From: an uncultured Oscillibacter sp. | GTDB taxonomy: Bacteria > Bacillota > Clostridia > Oscillospirales > Oscillospiraceae | Length of the DNA: 64,000 nucleotides | NCBI GenBank assembly: GCA_948916585.1 | Contig: CAQXTN010000004.1 | Span: 2 to 64,001, forward strand | Reading direction: 5' to 3' | Shown: in pieces, positions 47,790 to 57,074 of the stretch | Layout: the number at the start of each line of letters is the position of its first letter | Numbering within the stretch: position 1 is the stretch's first letter | Translations under genes and position numbers: made by a program | Notes under the pieces: generated by a model | The model's database searches: none | What the model was told of the DNA's origin: nothing | The model's input: the letters and a program-made list of their open reading frames with translations, nothing else

Positions 47790-48388
47790 AACAGCAGAGC
47801 GTTCCCATTGAAAAGCGGGCCCTTCAGGCGGCGTCCCTCATCGGCTTCGCCATCTGCGTGGCGGTGGCGGTCTGGGGCTGGCGGACGGGGGTCTTGACCT
47901 CCCAGGAAAAGCTCCAGGAGCTTGTGGCGAAATGGGGCTTTGCCGGGGCGCTGCTGTTCACCGTCTTCCAGGCGGTACAGGTGGTGGTGCCTGTGCTGCC
48001 GGGGGGCCTGGGGTGCCTGGTGGGGGTGGTGCTCTTCGGGCCCATCTGGGGGTTTACCTACAACTACGTGGGCATCTGCATCGGCTCCCTCCTGGCCTTC
48101 GCCGTGGCGAAGAACTGCGGGCGGCCCCTGCTGTACCTGCTGTTCTCCGAGAAGACCATTGAAAAATACGACGCGTGGACCGAGAAGCGGGACCGCTTTG
48201 CCAAGCTCTTCTTCTGGTCCATCTTCCTGCCCATCGCCCCGGACGACTTCCTCTGCTACCTGGCGGGCACCACCACCATGACCTGGAAGCGGTACACCGC
48301 CATCATCCTCCTGGGGAAGCCCTTCAACATCGCCCTGTACAGCATGGGGCTGGTGGCCCTCTGGAAGGTTCTCTTTCCGGGATTTTAA
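47786..48388 (+). CDS. TVP38/TMEM64 (VTT/DedA) membrane protein
   Basis: QAVQVVVPVLPGG, FLPIAPDDFLCYLAG. Confidence 0.88.
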   Translation: MKQQSVPIEKRALQAASLIGFAICVAVAVWGWRTGVLTSQEKLQELVAKWGFAGALLFTVFQAVQVVVPVLPGGLGCLVGVVLFGPIWGFTYNYVGICIGSLLAFAVAKNCGRPLLYLLFSEKTIEKYDAWTEKRDRFAKLFFWSIFLPIAPDDFLCYLAGTTTMTWKRYTAIILLGKPFNIALYSMGLVALWKVLFPGF

Positions 48389-48606
48389 AAAAGAATGTCG
48401 TCATAAAACGGCGGCTTTTGCGGAATAATCTTATAACCCTCAAAAAAGCGGACAACCCATCCGCTTGGATTTGTGCGCTCAAAATTGGAAATCCATCATC
48501 AAAAACAGGCGGGCCGCAGGCCGGAAAACTGCGGCGCACCAGCCGGCGGAAGTCCTGCGCCCCCAGAGGCGGACACAGGCCCAAACCACTGGGGCAAGGA
48601 GGCTGT

Positions 48607-49650
48607 ATGCGTATCTACATTTACAGCGGCGGCGAGAAAATTGTCGGCCGCAGCGGCGTGGGACAGGCCATCCGCCACCAGCGGGAGTGCCTCCGGCGCT
48701 CCGGCGTGGCCACCACGGACCACTGGACCCGGGACGCCGCCGCCGTCCATGTGAACACCATCCTGCCGGATTCCGTGTTCGCCGCCCTGGGAGCAAAGCT
48801 CCGGGGCAAGAAGGTGGTCTGGTACGGCCATTCCACCATGGAGGATTTCCGCTCCTCCTTCAAGGGCTCCAACGCCCTGGCGCCCCTGTTCAAGCGGTGG
48901 ATTACCTTTTGCTATGGCTTGGGGGACGTGGTGTTGACCCCCACGGAGTACTCCCGGCAGCTGCTGGAGAGCTACGGCCTGAAAAAGCCGGTGTACAGCA
49001 TCTCCAACGGCGTGGACACGGAATTCTTCAAGCCGGACCCCGCCGCCCGGGCCGCTCTCCGGACCCGGTATGGCCTAAAGGCGGACGAGAAGGTGGTGGT
49101 CTCCGTGGGCCACACCATCGCCCGGAAGGGCCTTCCCGAATTCCTGGAGCTGTCCCGGCGGACGCCGGAGGCCAAATTCCTCTGGTTCGGCTGGACAAAT
49201 CCCAAGCTGATTCCCCAGGAGATTGTCCGGGCCATGGAGAACGCCCCCGGCAACGTGATCTTCCCCGGCTTCGTGGGCCGGGAGGAGCTGCGGGAGGCCT
49301 ACCAGGGGGCGGACGTGTTCGCCTTCCTCAGCCACGAGGAGACGGAGGGTATCGTGGTGCTGGAGGCTCTGGCCTGCGGCGTGCCCACGGTGCTGCGGGA
49401 CATCCCGGTTTACGGTGGCTGGCTGAAAACGGGGGAAAATGTATACAAAGCGTCGAATGATGATGAATTTCAACGAATCGTATCCGGACTTCTGGACAAG
49501 AGCCTGCCGGACCTTACCGCCGCCGGGCGGGCTGTGGCGGAGTCCCGGAGCTTAGAGCGGGTGGGGAAGCGGTTGAGGGCCATCTATTTGGAGCAGCGGG
49601 TGCTGCCGCCCCTGCCCCAGGCGCTTCTCCAAAAGCATGTGCAGGCATAG
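48607..49650 (+). CDS. GT4 glycosyltransferase (CpoA/diglycosyl-DAG synthase-like)
   Basis: SGVGQAIRHQ, HSTMEDFRSSF, SHEETEGIVVLEALA, RDIPVY. Confidence 0.88.
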   Translation: MRIYIYSGGEKIVGRSGVGQAIRHQRECLRRSGVATTDHWTRDAAAVHVNTILPDSVFAALGAKLRGKKVVWYGHSTMEDFRSSFKGSNALAPLFKRWITFCYGLGDVVLTPTEYSRQLLESYGLKKPVYSISNGVDTEFFKPDPAARAALRTRYGLKADEKVVVSVGHTIARKGLPEFLELSRRTPEAKFLWFGWTNPKLIPQEIVRAMENAPGNVIFPGFVGREELREAYQGADVFAFLSHEETEGIVVLEALACGVPTVLRDIPVYGGWLKTGENVYKASNDDEFQRIVSGLLDKSLPDLTAAGRAVAESRSLERVGKRLRAIYLEQRVLPPLPQALLQKHVQA

Positions 49651-49707
49651 GGCCGCCTGGGTTTGGTATCTGCGGAAAAATAAACTTCTCAAAATAGAAG
49701 AAAAGGC

Positions 49708-49736
49708 TTGCATTTTGAAAATGGGCGTGCTATACT
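49708..49736 (+). promoter_or_regulatory. sigmaA promoter of rpmE
   Basis: TTGCAT-N17-TATACT with TG extension. Confidence 0.7.
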
Positions 49737-49786
49737 GACAAATGCTGTTATAGCACACTTCGTTTTAGAAAGGGGTGAACAGAGCA

Positions 49787-49990
49787 ATGAAGGAAGGAAT
49801 CCATCCCAATTATCAGCAGACTACGATTACATGCGCCTGCGGTAATGTGATTGAGACAGGTTCTACCAAGAAGGATATCAAGGTGGAAGTCTGCTCTAAG
49901 TGTCACCCCTTCTTCACCGGCAAGCAGAAGCTGGTGGACACCGGCGGCCGGGTCGCGAAGTTCAACAAGAGGTTCGGCCTGGACAAGTGA
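49787..49990 (+). CDS. rpmE: 50S ribosomal protein L31 (Zn-binding type)
   Basis: [34 protein letters not shown]. Confidence 0.97.
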   Translation: MKEGIHPNYQQTTITCACGNVIETGSTKKDIKVEVCSKCHPFFTGKQKLVDTGGRVAKFNKRFGLDK

Positions 49991-50009
49991 GTCCGACACA
50001 ATCACTGCT

Positions 50010-50044
50010 AAAAGAGCGCGCCGTAGTCCGGCGCGCTCTTTTTC
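50010..50044 (+). terminator. Terminator after rpmE
   Basis: AAAAGAGCGCGCCG-TAGTC-CGGCGCGCTCTTTT. Confidence 0.9.
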
Positions 50045-50085
50045 GCGTTTTGCCCGGCAGAGCCCGGAGCGGCTGAGGAGGAAGC

Positions 50086-50709
50086 ATGAAAGAACTGGAC
50101 CCGAACCAAACCGGCCGGGCGGAGGCCTTCCAGCTTTGGATGCGGGCCCCCATGCCCATGGTGACGCTGGTGAAAACCCTGGACGTCACCCGTCCGGCGC
50201 GGCTGAGCCGCAGGGGGGATTTGAAATTCAACCTGCTCCTTTGCTGGTGCATTGGCAAAGCCGCCTCCCGGGTGGAGGAGTTTTACACCCTCCCGGTGGG
50301 AGAGAAGCTGATCCGCTATGAAAATCTGGCCGTCAACACCGTGGCGGCCCTCCGGGATGGGGGCATCGCCACCTGCGACGTCCCCTTTTCCGAAAGCCTG
50401 GATCAATTCCGCCGGGACTACCTGTCCCTCACCGCCCAGGTGCGGGAGACCGGCGCGCCCTATGATTTGAACGGCGATTACATGGTCATCGGGACCTCCG
50501 CCCTGCCCCAGACGGAGATTGACGGGGCGGTGAACATCTACGCCGGATGCTACAACAACCCCTTCCTGGTCTGGGGGAAATACCGGAAGAAGCCGTGGCG
50601 GGCGTCCCTGCCCATCTCCTTCCAGTTCCACCACACCCAGATGGACGGCGGCCACGCCGCCCGGTTTTTGGAGAACCTCCAGGAGGAAATCCGGGCCTTG
50701 AACCCGTGA
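50086..50709 (+). CDS. CatA-like O-acetyltransferase
   Basis: PFLVWGKY, LPISFQFHHTQMDGGHAARF (HHxxxDG). Confidence 0.85.
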   Translation: MKELDPNQTGRAEAFQLWMRAPMPMVTLVKTLDVTRPARLSRRGDLKFNLLLCWCIGKAASRVEEFYTLPVGEKLIRYENLAVNTVAALRDGGIATCDVPFSESLDQFRRDYLSLTAQVRETGAPYDLNGDYMVIGTSALPQTEIDGAVNIYAGCYNNPFLVWGKYRKKPWRASLPISFQFHHTQMDGGHAARFLENLQEEIRALNP

Positions 50710-50827
50710 CAAATCCAAATTTCCCGTTGCGTTTTTTGGAGAAACGCATATACTGGAAGCAGGCAGACAGGCCGCCCCGGCGGCCCGGCCCCCGCGATTT
50801 TGAAGCGATAGAAAGGAGTCCTCCGCC

Positions 50828-51346
50828 ATGCGCTTACATCTCACCGATTCCCAAGCCGCCGTCCGGGAGCTTCTCCCGGCCCTGGGGGCGGAAAACGCCC
50901 TGCTCACCGCCGGAACGGCGGACCGCTGCAACACCATGACCATCGGCTGGTGCCAGGCGGGACGGCTGTGGGGTCTGCAAACCTGTGCGGTCTACGTGCG
51001 GCCGGAGCGGTACACCTATCAGTTTATGGAGGATCAGGCGTATTTCACCGTCTCCGTCCTCCCCAAGGACATGAAAAACGCCATGGCCCTCTGCGGCACG
51101 AAGAGCGGCCGGGACATGGACAAAATCAAGGAGTGCGGCCTGACGGTCCGCGCCGGCGCGGGCGGCGCCCCTTTCTTTGAGGAGGCGGAGCTGGTGCTGG
51201 TGTGCCGGACCCTCTACGCCCAGGACCTGGAGCCCGCCTGTGTGCTCCCCGCCGGAGAAGAAAAAATCCTGCCCAGCTACGGGGCCAAGGGCGGCTGGCA
51301 CCGGGTCTACACCGGCGAGATTGTGGAGGCCTACTCCGTCAAATAA
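50828..51346 (+). CDS. Flavin reductase family protein
   Basis: NTMTIGW, YVRPERYTY, CGTKSGRDMDKI, HRVYTGEI. Confidence 0.88.
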   Translation: MRLHLTDSQAAVRELLPALGAENALLTAGTADRCNTMTIGWCQAGRLWGLQTCAVYVRPERYTYQFMEDQAYFTVSVLPKDMKNAMALCGTKSGRDMDKIKECGLTVRAGAGGAPFFEEAELVLVCRTLYAQDLEPACVLPAGEEKILPSYGAKGGWHRVYTGEIVEAYSVK

Positions 51347-51362
51347 CAAGTAAGGAAGTACT

Positions 51363-52634
51363 ATGCAAGAGACAGACAAGATTCGAGACAAGGTGGTCCT
51401 GGTGGGCCTGAATTCCCCCGTGCTCAAGCGGGACCAGAACGCCGGCGAGGACACGCTGGAGGAGCTCTCCGCCCTGGTGGAGACCGCCGGGGCGGAGACC
51501 GTGGGCATGGTCCTCCAGAACCGGAGCTCCCCGGACCCCCGGACCTTCATCGGCGAGGGCAAGTGCGCCGAGGTGAAGCTCTACTGCGAAAATACCGAGG
51601 CCACCATGGTCATCTTCGACAACGACCTCTCCCCCTCCCAGCTCCGGGTTTTGACGGAGCTGCTGGGGGTCCAGGTGCTGGACCGCTGCGGGCTGATTCT
51701 GGACATCTTCGCCCAGCGGGCCCGGACCCGGGAGGGGCGGCTCCAGGTGGAGCTGGCCCAGTACCAGTATCTGCTGCCCCGCCTCACGGGCATGTGGACC
51801 CACCTGGAGCGCCAGGCGGGCACCAGCGGCAGCGGGCCCATCGGCTCCAAGGGACCCGGCGAGACCCAGCTGGAAACCGACCGGCGGCACATCCACCGGA
51901 AGATCGACAAGCTCCGGGAGGACCTGGAGGACGTGCGCCGGGTGCGGAACACCCAGCGCCGCCAGCGGCGGAAAAACGAAATCCCGGTGGTGGCCCTGGT
52001 GGGCTATACCAACGCCGGGAAATCCACGCTGCTCAACCAGCTCACCGGGGCGGGCATCCCCGCCAACAACCGGCTCTTCGACACCCTGGACACCACCAGC
52101 CGCCTCCTCCACGTCAGCGACACCACCGACGTGGTGCTCAGCGACACCGTGGGCTTTATCCGCAAGCTCCCCCACCAGCTGGTGGAGGCCTTCAAGGCCA
52201 CTTTGGAGGAGCTGGAGTACGCGGATTTGCTGCTCCACGTCATCGACGTGTCAAGCCCGGACTGGCAGGGCCAGGCCCGGGTGGTGGAGGACCTGATTTT
52301 GGAGCTGGGGGCGGGAGAGCTGCCCCGCGTCGACGTGTTCAACAAAGCGGACCTGCTGCCCCCGGGGGAGATTATGCCCCACGGGGAGGACATCTGCGCC
52401 ATCTCCGCCAAGAGCGGCGCGGGGGTGGACAAGCTGCTGGAGATGATTGCCCGGCGGCTGGACAAGGGGTCCCGGCGGGTTACCATTCACCTTCCCTATG
52501 AGCAGGGAGGGCTTTTGGACCTCCTCTATAAGGAGGCCAAGGTGGAAAAGGTGGAGTATGGGACGACCATCGACGTGACGGCGGTGTGCACGCCCCGGAC
52601 CCTGGGACGGGTGGAGGCATTCACGGACGGCTAA
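51363..52634 (+). CDS. hflX: GTPase HflX
   Basis: LILDIFAQRA, GPGETQLETDRR, GYTNAGKSTL, DTVGFI, NKAD. Confidence 0.97.
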   Translation: MQETDKIRDKVVLVGLNSPVLKRDQNAGEDTLEELSALVETAGAETVGMVLQNRSSPDPRTFIGEGKCAEVKLYCENTEATMVIFDNDLSPSQLRVLTELLGVQVLDRCGLILDIFAQRARTREGRLQVELAQYQYLLPRLTGMWTHLERQAGTSGSGPIGSKGPGETQLETDRRHIHRKIDKLREDLEDVRRVRNTQRRQRRKNEIPVVALVGYTNAGKSTLLNQLTGAGIPANNRLFDTLDTTSRLLHVSDTTDVVLSDTVGFIRKLPHQLVEAFKATLEELEYADLLLHVIDVSSPDWQGQARVVEDLILELGAGELPRVDVFNKADLLPPGEIMPHGEDICAISAKSGAGVDKLLEMIARRLDKGSRRVTIHLPYEQGGLLDLLYKEAKVEKVEYGTTIDVTAVCTPRTLGRVEAFTDG

Positions 52635-52839
52635 GGGCCAGGCCCTCCCCGGTGCGCAGGCCCAGGAGGAAGGCTTGGATGGCCGTGAATTCCAGGGCTT
52701 TGTCCAGGTCCTCCATTCCGCCCTTGTCCAGCTGGCCTTGCAGGAGCTCTATGCGAAGGGCGTAGTCGCTTTCTTTCGTAAGGGTTCCCAGCTGGGGCTT
52801 GATGTAGTTGGCGTGGAGCCAGAGCAGAAAATCGGACAT
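52621..52839 (-). CDS. Small helical protein, DUF6809-like
   Basis: GAAAGGTGG RBS; 72 aa; AFLLGLRTGEGL resembles the tail of the 35397 protein; overlaps hflX end. Confidence 0.7.
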   Translation of the reverse strand: MSDFLLWLHANYIKPQLGTLTKESDYALRIELLQGQLDKGGMEDLDKALEFTAIQAFLLGLRTGEGLALSRP

Positions 52840-52857
52840 GTGAACCACCTTTCAAAA

Positions 52858-52911
52858 ACATCAAATTTAGCGTGTTATAGATAGTATAACACAACGATTA
52901 TAGCGTGTCAA
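52858..52911 (-). promoter_or_regulatory. Promoter of the small gene with two repeated operator-like sites
   Basis: TTGACA-N17-TATACT on minus; ACACGCTATAATCGTTGT and ACACGCTAAATTTGATGT repeats. Confidence 0.75.
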
Positions 52912-52922
52912 GAGGGGGAGCC

Positions 52923-53156
52923 ATGATATTTCAAGAAAGACTTCGGGCTTTGCGGAAAGAGCGGAAAGAGACACAGGTGCAGACGGCGGCGGCTCTTGGA
53001 TTGGTAGACCGCCATTATCAGCGGTTTGAAGCGGGTACAAACCTGCCCAGCTTCCAGAACATCGTCGCCCTGGCGGACCATTTCCAGGTCAACGCCGATT
53101 ATCTGCTGGGCCGGACCGATGTCCGGGAGATGTTGCCGCCCTCTGGGGAGTCTTGA
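52923..53156 (+). CDS. XRE-family HTH regulator
   Basis: FQERLRALRKERKETQ...YQRFEAG..LP...LADHFQVNADYLLGRTD. Confidence 0.9.
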   Translation: MIFQERLRALRKERKETQVQTAAALGLVDRHYQRFEAGTNLPSFQNIVALADHFQVNADYLLGRTDVREMLPPSGES

Positions 53157-53214
53157 GGAAATTGGGAAGGTATTCTACCGATAGAAGGGCAAAAAAACAG
53201 GCCCGAAGGGCCAA

Positions 53215-53386
53215 TACTTCTTTTTCTCTTTTGGACCGTGCACGGCCCGTTTTCTCGTTTTCTTCTGGAAGAAAACGAGAAAATGGGGGGTGCAATGCAC
53301 CAGCCATCATCATGGCTGAAATCCCCCCCCCGCCCGCAAGGGCGAGCAAAAACCCTCCCCTGACGGGGAGAAAAGAGGTGCTGCCC
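53215..53386 (+). repeat. Structured intergenic repeat, copy 3 (ends at the yigZ RBS)
   Basis: 80/81 identity to the copy 1 core; 3' extension to the RBS shared with copy 2. Confidence 0.95.
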
Positions 53387-54019
53387 ATGTCCGGCTACCG
53401 GGTTCCCTTCGCGGACGCAGAGACAGAATTCACCGAAAAACGCTCCCGCTTCATCACAAACCTCTGGCGGGTGGAGACCGAGGCGGAGGCCCGGGCAAAA
53501 ATTGAGGAAATCCGCAAGCGGCACTACGACGCCCGGCACCACTGCTGGTGCTACCTCCTCCGGGAGGGCGGCGCGGTCCGTTACTCCGACGACGGCGAGC
53601 CCCAGGGTACCGCGGGCCAGCCCATGCTGAACGTCTTTCAGCGCCAGGAGGTCACCAACGTCTGCTGTGTGGTCACCCGGTACTTCGGCGGCGTGCTGCT
53701 GGGGGCCGGGGGCCTGACCCGGGCCTATGGCCGGGGGGCCAGGGACGGCCTGGAGGCGGCGGGCACCGCCTGGGTCAGCCTCTGGACCCTCTGGGACGTG
53801 CCCTGCCCCTACCCGCTTTTGGAGCGGCTGAAGCTGGAAATCGCCGCCCAGGAGGGCGTCCTCCGGGATGCGGACTACGGGGCGGAGGTGACCCTCCACG
53901 CCGCCTTTTCCCAGGAGGGGGCGGCGGCCTTCGCCCAGCGGCTGACGGAGCTGTCGGCGGGGAAGCTGGAAATGATCCCGGCGGGAGAGGAGTACTTACC
54001 GGGGCCCCGGGAGGGATAA
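53387..54019 (+). CDS. yigZ: YigZ/IMPACT family protein
   Basis: EKRSRFI, DARHHCWCY, SDDGEPQGTAGQPML, VTRYFGGVLLGAGGL. Confidence 0.93.
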   Translation: MSGYRVPFADAETEFTEKRSRFITNLWRVETEAEARAKIEEIRKRHYDARHHCWCYLLREGGAVRYSDDGEPQGTAGQPMLNVFQRQEVTNVCCVVTRYFGGVLLGAGGLTRAYGRGARDGLEAAGTAWVSLWTLWDVPCPYPLLERLKLEIAAQEGVLRDADYGAEVTLHAAFSQEGAAAFAQRLTELSAGKLEMIPAGEEYLPGPREG

Positions 54020-54072
54020 AACCCCGGAGGCTTTGAGAGAAGGGCGGACCCATGGGTCCGCCCCGTTTCCGT

Positions 54073-54609
54073 TTACAGCCGCTCCGCCTTCTCCCCGGCG
54101 TACCACATATTATAGGTCTGCCGGTAAATCTCCGCCGCCGCCTCCGTATGGCACACCATGCGCACCCGGCGGGGGAGCTCATGCTCCCGGAGGAAGTCCA
54201 TGATGGCTTTCAGGGCCACGCCGGCGGCCTGGGCCATGGGGTAGCCGTAGACCCCGGTGGAGATGGAGGGGAAATCCACGGTTTCAATGCCCTGCTCCTC
54301 CGCCAGCTCCAAACAGGAGCGGTAACAGGAGGCCAGCAGCGCCGCCTCCCCGTAAGTCCCGCCCCGCCAGATGGGGCCGGGGGTGTGGAGCACGTATTTC
54401 GCGGGGAGGTTATAGCCCCTGGTCAGCTTGGCCTGCCCGGTTTCGCAGCCCCCCAGGGTCCGGCACTCCGCCAGAAGCGACCGCCCGGCGCAGCGGTGAA
54501 TGGCCCCGTCCACGCCGCTGCCTCCCAGCAGGGTGGTGTTGGCGGCGTTGACAATGGCCTGGGCGTCGGATGCTGTGATATCGCCCACAAGGATGGAAAA
54601 ACGGTCCAT
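54073..54609 (-). CDS. Macro domain O-acetyl-ADP-ribose deacetylase
   Basis: GDIT, AIVNAAN..LLGGSGVDGAIH, FPSISTGVYGYP. Confidence 0.93.
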   Translation of the reverse strand: MDRFSILVGDITASDAQAIVNAANTTLLGGSGVDGAIHRCAGRSLLAECRTLGGCETGQAKLTRGYNLPAKYVLHTPGPIWRGGTYGEAALLASCYRSCLELAEEQGIETVDFPSISTGVYGYPMAQAAGVALKAIMDFLREHELPRRVRMVCHTEAAAEIYRQTYNMWYAGEKAERL

Positions 54610-54709
54610 GGCAGGGTCCTCCTTGGTTGATGAAGTGGTTATCTTCTATAGTATCGGACCTTCGCCGGGAAGGCAACAAAAATTTTTTCGGGAAATTTTC
54701 AGATTCCCC

Positions 54710-54740
54710 TTGACCTTGCCGTAACGTCAGCCCTTATACT
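54710..54740 (+). promoter_or_regulatory. MerR/TipA-type promoter-operator
   Basis: TTGACC-N19-TATACT with dyad TGAC-CTTGCCGTAAC-GTCA. Confidence 0.85.
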
Positions 54741-54765
54741 GCGGTTTGTCAGGAGGGATACCGCT

Positions 54766-55524
54766 ATGGAATACACCGTAAAAGCCCTGGCGGAGCTGGC
54801 CGGGGTGACGCCCCGGACCCTGCGCTGGTACGACCAAAAGGGCTTGCTCAAGCCCCGGCGGACCACGGAAGCGGGCTACCGCCTCTATGGCCCCGAGGAG
54901 GTGAACCGGCTCCAGGCCATTCTCTTTTACAAGGAGCTGGGGCTGGAGCTGGAGGCCGTCCGGGAAATCCTGGACGCGCCGGGCTTTGACCGTCTGGCGG
55001 CGCTGCGGAGCCACCTGGCGGAGCTGGAGGCCCGGCGGCGGAGGCTGGACGCCCTGATCCTGACGGTAGAGAAAACCATCGACGAGGCAAAAGGAGGAGC
55101 CCAAATGTCCGACAAGGAAAAATTCGAGGCGTTCAAGCGCCGGGCCGTGGAGGCCAACGAGGAGCAATACGGAAAGGAAATCCGGGAACAGTACGGCCCG
55201 GAGGCCGTGGAGGAGTCCAACGCCAGGCTCCTTTCCATGACGGAGGAGGAGCACGGCCGGTGGAAGGCCCTGGAGGCGGAAATTCTCTCCGCCCTGGCCG
55301 CCGCCGTCCGGGCGGGGGAGGCCCCGGCGGGCCCGGAGGGGCGGCGCGTCGCGCAGCTCCACCGCCGCTGGCTGTGCTGCGCCTGGGCCAAGTACACCCC
55401 CCAGGCCCACCGGGGTGTGGCGGAGCTGTATACGGCGGACGAACGCTTCGCCGCCTATTATGACAAGGAGGTCCCCGGCTGCGCCGCATTCCTGCGGGAC
55501 GCGGTCCGGGCCTATACGGAGTGA
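54766..55524 (+). CDS. MerR-family regulator with TipAS effector domain (TipA/Mta-like)
   Basis: YTVKALAELAGVTPRTLRWYD HTH; AELYTADERFAAYYD TipAS motif. Confidence 0.92.
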   Translation: MEYTVKALAELAGVTPRTLRWYDQKGLLKPRRTTEAGYRLYGPEEVNRLQAILFYKELGLELEAVREILDAPGFDRLAALRSHLAELEARRRRLDALILTVEKTIDEAKGGAQMSDKEKFEAFKRRAVEANEEQYGKEIREQYGPEAVEESNARLLSMTEEEHGRWKALEAEILSALAAAVRAGEAPAGPEGRRVAQLHRRWLCCAWAKYTPQAHRGVAELYTADERFAAYYDKEVPGCAAFLRDAVRAYTE

Positions 55525-55592
55525 GCGTAGGGCCCGCCGGAAAGGCGGGCCCTTCCGCGTTTTCCGCTGACGGCAAAATAATTTCGTCCCCC

Positions 55593-55621
55593 TCAAACTT
55601 TCCACCCACCTTTTCCGTCTA
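55593..55621 (+). promoter_or_regulatory. Putative ECF autoregulatory promoter
   Basis: TCAAAC-N17-CGTCTA, ECF AAC/CGTC pattern. Confidence 0.6.
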
Positions 55622-55691
55622 TACTACAGACGCCGCCAAAGCTCAGGCGCCGGACAGGGCGGCGGGAACCCTTTCAGAAAGGAGCGTCGAT

Positions 55692-56171
55692 GTGACGAAG
55701 GAAGAAACCTTAACCTCGTTCCTCATCGAGACCCAGGCCCGGTCCTACCGGCTGGCGTACAGCGTCCTCCACAACCGGGAGGAGGCCCTGGACGCGGTGC
55801 AGACCGCCGTCTGCCGGGCTTTGGAGCATCAGAACAGCCTCCGGGACCCCGGGGCCGTCAAAACCTGGTTCACCCGGATCTTGATGAACACATGCAACGA
55901 TACCCTCCGCCAGCGGGGGCGTGTGGTCCCCTTCCCGGAGGAGGGACCGGAGCTGGGCCAGGAGGACCCGGAGCCCGCCGACGATACGCTGGCCCGGCGG
56001 GTGAACGCCCTGCCGGCGGAGGTGGGGACCGTCATCAAGCTGCGGTTTTATGAGGAGCTGACCCTGAAGGAAATCGGCGAGGTCACCGGGCAGAACATCA
56101 GCACGGTGAAAAGCCGCCTGTACGCGGGGCTGAGGAAGCTGCGCGTCGCCATGGAAGGAGTGGAGATTTGA
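55692..56171 (+). CDS. ECF sigma factor (SigV-like)
   Basis: GAAAGGAG RBS, GTG start; YRLAYSVL, KTWFTRILMN, STVKSRLY. Confidence 0.88.
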   Translation: MTKEETLTSFLIETQARSYRLAYSVLHNREEALDAVQTAVCRALEHQNSLRDPGAVKTWFTRILMNTCNDTLRQRGRVVPFPEEGPELGQEDPEPADDTLARRVNALPAEVGTVIKLRFYEELTLKEIGEVTGQNISTVKSRLYAGLRKLRVAMEGVEI

Positions 56172-57019
56172 TGAACGAATTCAAAAACGCCAAAGAGGCT
56201 TACGACAACACCCCCATTCCCGCCGAGCTGTCGGAGCGGGTCCGGGCGGGCGTCCGGGAGGGGAAGGCCCGGTACCGGGCACGCCGGGGCCGGACGCTCC
56301 GCCGCTGGGGGGCCACCGCCGCCTGCTTTGCCGTACTGCTGGCGGGGCTGAACCTGTCCCCCACCATCGCCAAGGCGGCGGCGGAGGTGCCTGTCCTTGG
56401 CGGGCTGTTCCAGGTGCTGACCTTTGTGGATTACGACAAGACGGAGGACGGCATCCACTACGACGTGACCGTTCCCCAGCTGGAGGCGGAAGGGGACCTG
56501 GCCGGGACGGTCAACGCCGTCATCCAGGAGAAGGTGGACGCACACCTGGCCAAGGCCCAGCAGGACTGGGACGACTACCGGGAGGCCTTCTTCGCCACCG
56601 GCGGCACCGAGGAGGAGTGGGCGGACCGGGAGATGGACGTCATCGTGAACTATGAGATCAAGAGCCAGTCGGAGTCCCGGGTTTCCTTTGTGGTGACCTT
56701 CGCCGAGGGCTGGGTGTCCTCCATGGAGGAGCGGTACTACTACAACCTGGACCTCAGCGAGGAGCGGGATCTGACCCTCCGGGACTACCTGGGGGATGCT
56801 TGGGTGGAAACCTGCAACGCCTCCATCCAAAAGCAGATTGACGCGAGTGTGGACGAGGAGGGCTTCACCTTCTTCTTTGCCCCGGAGGAAGGCGGCTTTA
56901 CCACCGTGGACGAGACCACCGGCTTCTATGTCCGGGAGGACGGCACGGTCGTGGTGTGCTTCCCCGAGTACAGCATCGCCGCCGGCGCGGCGGGCATCCC
57001 GGAGTTCCCCATCAACTGA
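56168..57019 (+). CDS. Anti-sigma factor (RsiV-like, DUF3298)
   Basis: Coupled to sigma gene; single TM; PVLGGLFQVLTF; FPEYSIAAGAAGIPEF. Confidence 0.85.
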   Translation: MMNEFKNAKEAYDNTPIPAELSERVRAGVREGKARYRARRGRTLRRWGATAACFAVLLAGLNLSPTIAKAAAEVPVLGGLFQVLTFVDYDKTEDGIHYDVTVPQLEAEGDLAGTVNAVIQEKVDAHLAKAQQDWDDYREAFFATGGTEEEWADREMDVIVNYEIKSQSESRVSFVVTFAEGWVSSMEERYYYNLDLSEERDLTLRDYLGDAWVETCNASIQKQIDASVDEEGFTFFFAPEEGGFTTVDETTGFYVREDGTVVVCFPEYSIAAGAAGIPEFPIN

Positions 57020-57074
57020 GCACTCGATAGAAGCAGAGGCCGCCCCGTTCGGGCGGCCTCCTTGCTGTTGGGGA

